A stretch of DNA of 64,000 nt, taken from assembly GCF_016432865.1 (NCBI RefSeq), contig NC_067402.1:187984001-188048000 (forward strand), written 5' to 3'. Below, in pieces: positions 1 to 11,700 of this stretch. This DNA comes from Antechinus flavipes. Lineage: Eukaryota. The notes under the pieces are model-generated. The model was given only the letters and a program-made list of their open reading frames with translations, was not told the origin of the DNA and searched no databases. Position 1 is the first letter of the stretch; every line of letters starts with the position of its first letter. Made by a program: the position numbers and the translations under genes.

Positions 1-640
1 ATGTAAGCAAACAACAAGAGTTTATTTGAGTGAAATAAAAAGTAAGAATTCTGTGTTGTGATCCATACTCAGTTCTTCTCTCTGGGTGTAGATGGCTCTC
101 TTCATCACATGGTCATTGGAACTGGTCTGAGTAGTCCAGACCAGTTCTTGATTATTCTTGAGAAACTGTGTCATTCCTTTAGTTACTTGATCATGACTAC
201 ATCTGTTCTTGTCTCTTTTTTAAAAATTAATTTTGTCAAAATTCTGAACTTAAACCACCAAAAAGGTGAACACTTCTATATACAAAGAGGAGCAAAAAAA
301 AAAAAAAGATAAAGCCACAAATCTCAATTATGTATGGTCTGCTTTTTTTTAAGTATAAAAATCTGATATTTTACTTCAAAGTTGTCTAACTTGTTAGTGT
401 TTTCTATTGAACTTCCTTCTATTCTCTTCTGAGCTTTAAAAAAATGTTTCAGTGATCTTCTTGTCTTCTTTTTAAATCAACACTGTTACTAGTTCTTATT
501 TCCTTTCCCCTCCCTCATACATTCCATTGACAAAAAAGAAAAACAAAACTCTTGTAACCACTAAGTATCTCTTCTGTCGTTTCTTAAGGAGCAATAATTC
601 TCCATGTCATTAACATACCATAATTTGTTCAGCCCTTCTT
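1..640 (-). mobile_element. LINE-1 3' fragments
   Basis: 1-135 is similar to 42040-42156 and, in reverse, to 54130-54260 (L1 3'UTR). Confidence 0.55.
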
Positions 641-2753
641 CAGTTTAGGGGCATCTCTTTTTGTTTCCAGTTCTTTGCTACAACAAAAATTGCTGTTAAG
701 CAGTCTCTTCAGACCTCTTTTCCTTTCTCATCTGAATAATTTGTGAATTATCTAAAGTTCCTTCTTCTGTGCTTCCTATTGCTTTGAACTGACTTTGCTT
801 TTAGAATCTCAGACTCATGGGACCCTGGCTTTCTCTGTACTCTTTGAAATCTACTCTTTTAAAGTCTAAAACCCACATTAGACTATACCTGATTTTTCAT
901 GTTCTTTTTTCTTACAAATTCTAAGTTGACATTCCTGCTCAATATTGCTATCACTTTCTCTTTGGCAACTAATTTTTCCTTATTGACCTTTCAGGATACA
1001 GAATGGCTTCTAAGAACCTTCCTCCCTCCCCACTGGACTCCAAGGGACTATCCTATTAGCAAGAGAAATATTCTCTAAATAGGGGTTCAGGAAGAGGTAC
1101 ACTGAACCTATGGCCCATTATTCTGGTTTTCCTATCCATGGATAAGGCAGTCCAGCAGAATATATATGCTTGAAAATAGGAAGGTACCTACAAACTCAGA
1201 CCACCATGACTGCTCTGTCCTACTGTATCAAAGATACCTCATTCCTTCTGTTCCTTATACTTGCTTTCTATCTTATATCACAGTTGTGGGGGCCAGCAGA
1301 GGGTCAACTCCAGCAGTGAAAGTCTTTCTTCTTTGTGCTGACTATGGGCAGTTGTAGAGAAGCTGGTGTACTTCTAGGCGTTGTGACAGTAATTGTTGTC
1401 TTTCTGGACAGCAAGGTGGAACCATGGATAGAGTGATGGGTCTAGAGCTATTATTGTCCAGCTATTTCAGTTATGTCCTATTCTTCATGACCTTATTTGA
1501 TATTTTCTTAATAAAGATTTCAAGAGTGGTTTGCCCTTTTCTTTTTTGGCTCACTTTACAGAGGAGGAAATTGAGGCAAAGTTGCTAAGTCATTTGTGCA
1601 GGGTCGTATAGCTAGTATCTGAGGCTGAATTTGAATTTTTTCCTGATTCTAGTTGTGTGATCTTGAGCAAATCAATTAATCCATTTTGCCTCAGTTTCCT
1701 CCTCTGTAAAGTGAGCTGGAGAAGGAAAGGGCAAATCATTCCAGCATCCTTGCCAAGAAAATCCCAGAATGGGTCACAAAGAGTGGAACTTGATTGAACA
1801 ACAAAAACTGCCTTTCTGTTCTCACAGCTTAGCTGTCGTACCTTCTTTGTTTTGTTAACATTCATTTTGAAAGATGAAATTACCATCAAGTAAATACAAT
1901 TTTATCTTTGTTAATAGATATTATCTCTAGTAGGTACCTGTGACTTAATATGCCTGGCACCTCTTCCCTACAAACTATATCCTTTTCCCATGCCAACTTT
2001 GTGTGCATTTTCAATAATTCATTATACATTATTTCAATCTAGATAGACAATCTATAATATATTCCCTCTATGATAATGCTTCTCTATTTTGCCCTTCTGT
2101 CTTCATGCTCTTCTCTATCTGTATCTCCCCTCAGATTTGTAGATTTCTATATATCAATATATCCTTCCTATATACAAACTGTTTTGTAATGTATTAATTT
2201 TTATTTTCTTTTCCTATATACAAACTATTTTGTGGTTTATCCTTTTTGACTTTATTCCCCCCCCCAATTTATTTATTTATTTGTTCATTTATTTTTATGA
2301 CTCTGTTCCTCTCTCCCCAATGAACAACAAAATAATGAAAAATAAATTCTCATAACAAATATGCATAGTCCAACAAAATAAATTCTTACATTGAGCCTCT
2401 TCAAAAATGTATATCAGATTTGGTATTTAAAGTTCATTACCTCTCTGGTAGGAGGTGAGTAATGTGTTTTATCTTTAGTACTCTGGTTTGACATTGCATT
2501 GACCAAAGTTCGGAAGCCTTTCAAAGCTATTTTACTCTACAATGTTGTTGTCATGGGTATAAGTTGCTCTCCTAGTTTTGTTTTTACTCAGTATCAGTTC
2601 ATAGAAGCTTTTCCTCTTTCAAACTATTTATTTCTTATAGTACAATAATATTCTATTACAATCACATGCTAAATTTTTTAGCTATTACCCTATAGTTGAA
2701 CATCTCCTTAATGTTCAGTTTGGGGCTACTACAAAACATTTACTTTGAATTTA

Positions 2754-2994
2754 TTGTTGTTGACTAATTATCAGTCATGTCTGACCTCTGTGACCTCATT
2801 TGGGTTTTTCCTCAAAAAGATATTGTAGTGATTTACCATTTCCTTCTCTAGCTCATTTTATTGATGAGGAAACTGAAGCAAACAGGGTTAAGTAACTTGC
2901 TCAGGTCACACAGTTAGAAAGTATCTAAAGTCAAATTTGAACTCAGGTCTTTATAACTCCAGACTCAGCACTGTATACACTGTACCACCTAGCT
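2754..2994 (-). mobile_element. Mar1/MIR-type CORE-SINE
   Basis: GAGGAAACTGAAGCAAACAGGGTTAAGTAACTTGCTCAGGTCACACAG core. Many further copies, e.g. about 1553-1805, 3042-3270, 6660-6890, 9080-9360, 20755-20960, 33480-33725, 38055-38300, 47462-47722, 48280-48515, 48735-48955, 49480-49640, 59740-60060. Confidence 0.75.
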
Positions 2995-4185
2995 GTTTTT
3001 GTAAAAAACACTTTTCCACTTTCTTTTGAATTATGTGAGTTATTGTCATTGTTCAATTATTCAGTTGTATCCTACTATTTGTGACCCTGGAGGACCATAT
3101 TATACCAATACCATCCATAGAGTTTTTTCCTGGAAAAGATACTGAAATTTCCTTCTCCAGTGGATTAAAGCAAACAAAGGTTAAGTGACTTACCAGGATT
3201 ACACAGCTAGTAAGAGTCTAAAGCCAATGTTGAACTCAGATATTATTGATTCTCAGCCCAGCACTCTATTTTCTCACATTGGTTATAGGCTTGGTCAAAA
3301 ATTATGATTTACTAACTTATTCCAAATTGGAACTAACTGTTCCAAATTCCTTCTCAAAATAGTTGAACCAATTTATAGCTTAACCAGCAATGTACTAATG
3401 TACTCATTTTCCCTCAGACTCTCCAACATTTGTCATTTTCCTTTTTGTCATTTTTGCCAGTCTGATCTTTTGCCCTTTCTAATTTTTATGTACATGGTAT
3501 GGACTTTCAATATTGTATTCTAATCAAATAACACACAGTGACTTTTTCCTTACCCTGAATCCTTAGCTCTATTTATAAAATGTATTTCACATCTTTTATA
3601 CTTGTTTGTATAAAATGTAATGATAAAACAATGAGTGATTTTTAATATATGTACCAAAATACAGATATCCAAATGAGAGGGATCCTTCACCCAACTAGCA
3701 TCACTGATTGCTTGAAAAACAAACAAACAAACAACAACAAAAATTCTAAGGGATTAGTTGTTGCCCACAGGAACAATTTTTAAAATTTAACAAAAATTTA
3801 GTTTCTTTTTCTCTTACCCCTACCTAATTGTTAGGGGATTAAAGAAACAAATTTTTTTTGGTAACGAACATGCATAGTTAAACAAAACAAATTCCCTCAC
3901 TGACTATATCGAAAAAAAATCTCTCATTTGGCACCTGGAGTCCAATACCTTTCTCTAAGGGGTTTACCATCCTTAGTGGTAACTCTTGAACACTGAACTG
4001 TTCTTAGTGAGGAGGAATAAGAGAAGTCATTGAAAGCTGAGGAAGGAGGTGGGATGAACTTAATTACTAAGCAATATATCCAAGAGAAATAAATGTTTCA
4101 AAAGCCACAGAGAGGCCAAGTAGAAAATATGTGTGTATACATCTATGTATGGACATATGGACACATACATACACATATGAGAGAC

Positions 4186-4420
4186 ATAAATGGCACACTG
4201 GCTAGAACACTGGCCCTGGAGTCAAGAGGATGTCAATTCAAATCTGTCCTCAGACATTTACTAGGTTAGTGATTTTAGGCAAATCACTTAACCCTGTTTG
4301 CCTCAGTTCCCTCATCTATAAAATGAGCTAGAGAAAGAAATGGCAAACCACTTCAGTATCTTTGCCAAGAAAATCCTAAATGGAGTGTCAGATATGATTG
4401 AAATAATTCAAAATAACAAA
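4186..4420 (+). mobile_element. Mar1-type CORE-SINE
   Basis: tRNA-like head, core CCTCAGTTCCCTCATCTATAAAATGAGCT and tail AAATGGCAAACCACTTCAGTATCTTTGCCAAGAAAA. Confidence 0.75.
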
Positions 4421-4429
4421 TATATTACA

Positions 4430-5000
4430 CACACATGTATTTGGACTTTACTAATAGTTTTTCTCCTTTAACTTTATATCATTTCTATATATTATACCAC
4501 TTCAATACCACCTCTAATGAACTCTTCCTTCTTGAAAAGAAAAATAGCACGTTGATCAAGTCTGATTATATAGGACACATTCCACAACCATATTCTCCCA
4601 ATTCTCTAATAAGATGTGGGAGATATTCTTCATCATCCAGGCCCAAGACTGGTGATTACAATTACTCCACTTCCTTTTAATATCTTCCCATGTTTCTTTT
4701 TTTTACATTACTGTCACTTCCCATTGTTTCCTCCTTCCTCCTTTACCTCCTAAAGTAGAACTCTTTCTAGCAACCAAAGTACAATTAAGCAAAACAAATC
4801 AGCATACTGGCCATTGTCTGACCAGTTATACTTCATTCTGCACCTAGAGCCCACCATAATAGATGGTAGTTTCAGCCTGACACTTTTCTTCTCATAAGTC
4901 TTAGTCATTGTCTCTCTACTATAAGAATGTCTTTTTGATGTGATGTCTTCCCCTAACCACTTTGATCCTTGCCATGATTTTGATCTGGTATCGTTCATGG
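4430..5000 (-). mobile_element. CR1/L3 LINE internal fragment
   Basis: Degenerate CR1-like linker sequence on the minus strand; recognised by eye. Confidence 0.4.
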
Positions 5001-5159
5001 TCTTTTTTTTCTCTCTGTGTGGTCCACTGTTACATCAACTGCTCCTCTTTTGCATCTCTTCTAAAAATCTGAATTGCAAGATCAGAGGAAGAAAGAAGAT
5101 TAAAAAGTGAAAAGAGGATGCTTCAACATATAGAAGGCATACCTTTATCTTGCTGATTG

Positions 5160-5410
5160 TTTTGTCCTTCGTTCTTAAAGAGGGCCATGACATGCCAGAG
5201 AATTAGATTTAAGTGAGGGAGGGATGGGCACTGCCTCACTTTCCCCTCCAGAGCTATCTGGGTTCAGTGGCCAGATATAGATCAAGACAATTGAAGATGG
5301 CTCTCGATGCACTGGGAGACTTTGGCTTTTTTAAACTAAGGTCTTCAACAGGTCTAAGTTTGACTGAGGCAGCATCCATTCAGTGATTTAGACTAGGTAA
5401 AGAATGGGCT
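5160..5410 (-). mobile_element. Marsupial non-autonomous repeat carrying an RTE-like 3' tail
   Basis: Its reverse-complement end (ATGTCAT..CTCTTTAAGAACGAAGGACAA) matches tails at about 6420-6490 and 16710-16790. Confidence 0.55.
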
Positions 5411-7332
5411 CTCTCACCTAGGCAAAAAAAAAAAATCTGTGACTTGGGAGAAGGGTGAAATGAAGGAGGGAGTAAGGGTAATCATTCTCTGAGCCAGGAA
5501 CATTAGAAAACATGGCTCTTCCAATCTTTCTCTCCCTAAATTCTCTCTTTGGGCTCAAGGAAAAACAATTCAGAGAGCTCAAAAGCCAGCTGGATACTGA
5601 GCTACATGACTATGAGAAGAGGTAGTGAGATCAAGATGAAGACTATGAGCCAAGCTGCTTTCTGTTGGCCATGGGTGGGTGACTCATGGCTTAAGGATTC
5701 AGATACTTGGTTGATGATCAAGCAATCCCCTTATCAGCTGTTGAGCAGGAAAAGCTATTTACTCAATGAATGAATGAATCCACTCCTGTCATTTTCTTCC
5801 TTTGATCCTCCAGATGGCATTGTGCAACTCTGGGACTTCCTGTGGAGGTGAAGAGAGAATTGGGAAATGGGGTTTTTCTCTGCCCCAGAAGCATGGCAGT
5901 TGCTCCCAATGGTAGCTTGAGCTTACAGATCAGCTACCTAGCTAGGCTCAATCCTGGGTTCTGTCTCTCTTTCTTCTGCTTTGTGTTTCTTTGATCATCC
6001 AGCAGCCATCCTGACATAAATATTTCCAGCCTTAGAAGCCACCTTGTGAGTCTGAAAGGTCCAGAGATTCTGGGTCCTTAGTTACAGCAGGAATAATCCT
6101 CTTTCATTTGTAGAGAGTCTGCATTGGAGAAGATATTCACCAAGGTGGGAAGGAGGCCTCAAACCCTGGCCTGGCTTTTTTTAGAAATCATGGACTTGGA
6201 GAGAGTGGTTCAGACAGTGAAGAGCTGAGATAAATTGTGACAAATCCAATCCTAAAGACTGCTTCATGTTTTGAAGTTAAAAAATCTATCTCATGATGTA
6301 ACAGTAGTTAGTACTTGAGGCTTAAGTTTCTGTCAATGAATGCTATGTGTGAGAACCAAATGTGTTTCCCATTTCTTTTGTGTGGGGGAAATAAATATCT
6401 CTCCCATACCTAATTTACACACTGTAACTGGACTCTAACATAGTGATGTCAGTTTGGTCCTTTGCGAATACAAAGAACAACCAATCAACAACAGACTACC
6501 TTTCTATTGTCCCTTTTAGGAAGACTTTAGCCATGAGCCAAACCCAAAATTTAAGAAAATATTCCCCAAGAGTGTCAGGGCTGGGGCATAAGAGCCAAAC
6601 AGTGAAAGAAAGAGACTGTCTCCCCATCTTTTTTTTTTCAGAGAAGAAGGAAAGTAGAATTTATTGAGCACTTACTATGTATCAAGCACTGCACTAAGTA
6701 TTTTATACATAGTATCTCATTTGATTCTCAAAACCACCATGGGTTATAGATATTGTTATAATCTCCATTTTACAAATGAGAAAAGTGAGGCAGACAGAGA
6801 TTAAATGACTTGCTCAGGGTCACATAGCTATTAAATGTCTGAGACTGGATTTAAATTCAGATCTTTCTGACTCCAGATCTAGCAGTATTTTACGTAATTA
6901 GATTTCCTTGGACTGAATTCAATCCACACCACCTATATGGTCTCCCCTTTAATGGAGAGGACAAAGGGGAAGAAGCATCTCTGTCCTTTGGGTCCAGCAA
7001 AGTTTTTAATTGTCAGGTACAAAATGAATTTCATGTATAATACAATTACTTATTTTCTCTTCCTCTAGAGAAATGCTCAAAACAAAGAAAAAATCACAGG
7101 TATGCATTAACAAATACAAATATAAAATAACAACCTAGATCCAATCTATACCCATATTTTCTCCTAAAATGTAAAGTCAAGAAGCATCTATTAAACATTT
7201 ACTATGTACCAGACATTGCATTAAGTAAACTTCATGAAAAGGCATTTTGTGATTTTACTAAAAAGGTATTTCACTTTCACTTCAGATCACCAAAGGCTGA
7301 GATGGTTCAGATTTTATGACCAGTCAGGCCCA

Positions 7333-7550
7333 GGATATGTTGGTAAATGTTGAACAACTAGTTGGGGAGGATGTACACAGTTTTAAATTTAATCTGCATT
7401 ATTAAACATTTTCCTCATCATTTCCTTAAATCTAGACAATCAGCAGAACAATAAATTAAGCTCTATACAATTTGCTGATTTCTGAAATATATGTGCTTAC
7501 ATTGGAAATTTAACAATTGGCTGGGAAGCTGGTTCCAGTTTATTTCTGCC
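7333..7550. mobile_element. MER63-like hAT MITE
   Basis: GGTAAATGTTGAACAAC..AATCTGCATTATTAAACATTTT..TCTAGACAATCA; a second copy lies at about 53340-53565. Confidence 0.6.
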
Positions 7551-8777
7551 TTCAGCGTACTCAAGTTCAGAATGATCTTGCCTGTTTATACTCCTCTGAG
7601 AAGCAGCATAGCTTCAGGTATTATTAATATTGGGCAATGGGTACTGATTTAGGAACCTAAGGACTCTCAGGCTGGAAATACCCATTCTTTAGAATCTTGG
7701 GATTCCTAGATTCAGGAAAGAACCCCAAACCAGAAGAGACATCCGGGGAATTGAGGTGCAGTCTCAGGCTCAGCTAGGCAAGCACATGTTCTCACTGCCA
7801 TATGCTCAAACTGCAGGCTTCCTTACTGCCAGTGAGTGGGGGAGGAGAAAAATCCCCTTCTTATATTGTTGGCAGTCCAAGGGAGAGCTGGCAGAATCCC
7901 AAAGTGACCTGCTCTAGAGATGAGCAGAGATTTTCTCCTCTATCCTCAGAGCCTGCTGAGGAGGGAGGTTCCTCTTGGTTTAATCACCAATCATCTTTAA
8001 GGCAAACACAGTCAATGCAACCTCAGACCCAGGGACTGACCAATCAGGAGTTGCTGTGTCATGTATGTCCTTTAGCAAGGAGCCTGCTCCATGAGAAGTG
8101 CTGCAGTCCATCTCTGTTATACTTTCTGTTCAGTCTTCAACAAATCATTTGGGGTGCTTGTCCATACTCCCCATTCAATATTATCCTCTGGGAACTTGGG
8201 AAGGCTCAATGAGCATAGTCCTTTTGAGTGCTTACTCTAGTGTCTTGTGCTAAAAAAAAAAAAAATGACATTTTTCCTCCTGGATATTCTTTTCTCCTCT
8301 TCTCTGTATGACCATTCCTTCCTAGTCTCTTTTGTTAACTCATCATCCATATCCTGTCACCTAATTATGGGTATTTACCCATAAGAGAGGAGTAATTCAT
8401 TCCACAAACAGAAATGGAAATCTGACAAGTCAAGGATTCTCTGGACAGACTGAAATCAAAGAGTCTGGAGCTGGAAGGAATATTAGCAATGATTAGCCTA
8501 ACCCCCTCTTTTTATACATGAGTAAACCAAAGCTCAACGTGATTTCCATGTTCACACCAATAAGAAGTAAGCTACAGAAGTGAAATTTGAACCCAAGTCT
8601 TCTGACTTAAAATTCAGTGTTTATTTTTTCCCTTTCCTGGCCACTACTCCACCACCCTGTCTCACTTTGATGACAATAATCTTCAGGTAGCTCAAAGCAG
8701 AAAAGTCATGAATGTTTAATATATTGTAATAATGAATAGATTCTCCCCTACCCAGAAAAATTTTTTTTCATTTCCAG

Positions 8778-11700
8778 GAAACACAAAAATGAAAGATAGA
8801 GTGGATTCCTCATCAAATGAATGGGACTCGGGCAACTTTTCTCTGATCATCAAGAAGCTGGAGATAGCAGACTCTGGGACCTATTTCTGTGAGGTAGAGA
8901 ACAGGAAGCAGGAAGTCCAACTTTGGGTGTTCAAGTGTGAGTAGAAGAAAAGAATTGTCAGATCACTTTCTTTCCTTCTCCCTAAATTCTTCCCATTCCT
9001 GTCTTCTCTCTCTCTCTTCCCCCATCTACTACTAACAGAAGGCACCTTGGCAACCAATGAGACCTTTTGGAAGTTTTCATAATAATAGCTAGAATTTATA
9101 TAACACTTTCAGGTTTGCAAAGCATTTTCTACACATTACATTTATTTACATATGTTACAAATGTTTACACTTGGTCCTAACAACTGTGAGGTAAGTGTTA
9201 TTATTTATCTACACTTTAGAGATGAGGAAACCAAGGCTGTCAGTGAGGTTAAGTAACTTTTCCAGAGTCACATAGGTTATTAAGTGTCTAAGGAAAGATT
9301 TGAATTCAGGTCTTCCTGACCTGGGGCTAGAATTCTAGCATTCCATCCACTGCCCCATCTGATCATTTATCTCTTTTATCCATGGCTAAAAAAGAAAGAG
9401 ACAATGGGATGAGAGGGAGAGGGAAAGGAAAACAGTAGGAACAAAGAGAGATGAAAGATAAAAAGAAAGAAGGATGGAGGAAAGAAGATAGAGGGGAAAG
9501 AAGATAGAGAAGGAGGACCTTGGAGACCCAGAAAAATGGCATGATTGGTAGATTTGAGAGGCTAGCTGTCCTGGGATTTTCTGTCTGTTTCTTTTTTGGG
9601 GTGTACCTGGTATATGTAATTTGGAGCTGCCTCCTGTCCCCTCTCCAGTGACGGCCAACCCAAGTGATTATATATTTTCTGGAAAGAACATGACTTTAAC
9701 ATTACATAGCTCCTCCAACCTTCCTGGATTCAAGGTGGAATGGAATGGTCCAGGAGATAAAAGTAAAAGGATCCTGAGTCGAGACAAGAAAACTTTGAAC
9801 TTAATCCACGTGGAGCCTAAAGAAGGAGGTATTTGGTACTGTGCTATCTCTGTGAATGGCAAAACCCTGAAATTGAGCATCAGAGTCACAGTATTTGGTA
9901 AGAGAAGCAAGTCCTTTTCTTTACTCTATCTTTTTACCACCAACTTTCAATGCCTCTACTCTCTTGATTCAAGACCTTCCTTCCTTCCTTCCTACCCCTA
10001 ATCGTTGTCCCTCAGGGGAAATAAATCTTGGGATTTTAAACTGGATATTGCTCTTCCTACTTTTTCCCACTATTTGACACATGAGAGACAAGGAGATGAT
10101 GCAGGAGATGTTGAGGGCCATTTTAATCTCTTTTCAGGGTCAGTGGGTGGAAAAAGGGGGGAAAGGAAGACTTTCGTTACTATTGTATCTTTTTGACTTT
10201 ACAACTCAAAAAAGGGGAGGAGAAGGATCTTTTCCTTTCTCTTTATCAACAACATACCTCCTTTCCCATTCCTATCTTATTCTACTCAAAGTAATTAGAT
10301 TTTGTTGTTTTAATAATTTGTTTTGTTTAATAATTTAATAATCTAATAAACATTTATATAATAATTATTTAATAATTTTTTGTTTGTTGACATCTTGACC
10401 TCAAAGGAGGAAGAAATTCTATCTATGAATGCAAATTGACAACTTAAAATGCTGGGTACTTGCTTGACTTGCTAAGAAGTTAGATGACTTGCCCACAGTC
10501 ACAAACACCTAGTTTATTTAAGAAGATGATTCAATTTCACTAGCATAAAAAAGAAATCTAGTGAATACCTACTATTGAATATTGATTAAGTTCAAGAGTT
10601 AGATGCTAGCTCTAGAGCATTTCCAAAAGATTCAAAACCAGATCCCTGCTCATGGAGTTTAGAACCTATAGGAGAGACAAGATAATGGTAGTAGAAAGGT
10701 ACAGATAGCAGACTCTAAGGAAATGGTTCTGTGCTTATAGTGAATACTATAAGAAATTTCTACAGGGATTCAGGATAGGGAATGACTCCTTTGAAATAAG
10801 GGAAGGTTCCTTAGAATAGATGAGACTTGAGCTGGAGGAAAGTCTAGAACTTTGAGGAATATGAAGGGCTTTCTGGGCAGAGGGACCAAAATAAGCAAGC
10901 CAACAGAAATGTGCATGGCATTTGGGAAGAATGATAACTAAATCACTTTGGCCACAATGGAAGGGTTCATGTAGGGGAGTAGTGCAAAGGAATGCATGAA
11001 TATAATCATCTTGTTGTTTTTTTAATGCATAGGCAGCTTTTGGAAGACCTGAAATTACAGGCTGTTTGTATTTATTTCCATTCTCCTCTCCCTTTTCTTT
11101 ACTTCCACTCCATTTCTCTAATCCTACCCTTCCTATCTCTATCATCATCTACAGGTTTCACAAAACCATCCCAGACCAAATATGGGATGACAGGCAAAAC
11201 TGTCCAATTCTCCTTCCCTCTGAATTTAAATGAGCAGGAGCTGAATAAGGAAGATCCAAAAGGAGAATTCACATGGCAGGTGGAAGATGTTGCCTCTCCC
11301 CAACAGCCAGCCAAGTATTCATGGAAGGATAATAATTTGATACCTGGAAGTGGGATTCCAAATTTCAAAGTGGAGAAGTCTAATTTTCCAATCACATTCA
11401 CTCTTTCCCCTGTCTTGCCCCAGCATGCTGGCTCAGGAATCTTCCTACTAAAATTTTCTTCGGGAGACCTGAAACAGAAGGTCAACCTTGTGGTAATGAG
11501 AGGTGAGCAAGTGAGGGCTGAGCACATACTTTCTTCCTTATGAATATCACAGAGCTGGTCCTCTCCAGATTCAGCATGGAGGGGAAAAAGAGACCCTGAG
11601 GACCTAATTGTCTAGCCTTGCCTGGTAAATCTCCTCCATATCTCTCACTATCCTCTTATTTCTCAGTCTCAACTGGTTTGGTACTTGTCCTCACTAATAA

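Noticed and set aside
1553-1805. Oppositely oriented CORE-SINE pair able to form a hairpin in CD4 pre-mRNA
   Set aside because: Expected given the SINE density; the arms are short and diverged.
2165-2233. 23-bp direct repeat (TTCCTATATACAAACT.TTTTGT) 46 bp apart
   Set aside because: Only two units in AT-rich DNA; an ordinary local duplication, not an array.
4186-4260. tRNA-like A/B-box sequences in several places
   Set aside because: They are heads of CORE-SINEs. I could not support any tRNA, snoRNA, rRNA or CRISPR feature by eye; tRNAscan-SE or Infernal would be needed to exclude small RNAs.
5813-5847. Alternative frame DGIVQLWDFLWR resembling a WD40 motif (possible G-beta fragment or nested gene)
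   Set aside because: Only about 11 residues, no further matching exons, and not similar to the GNB3 sequence in this window.
7802-8212. 136-aa ORF in the CD4 intron, with two CCAATCA boxes
   Set aside because: No recognisable homology or convincing exon boundaries; this length is expected by chance.
1-8777. Absence of the CD4 leader and first-half D1 exons
   Set aside because: CD4 D1 is split by a large intron, so these exons most likely lie upstream of the window; this is not gene loss.
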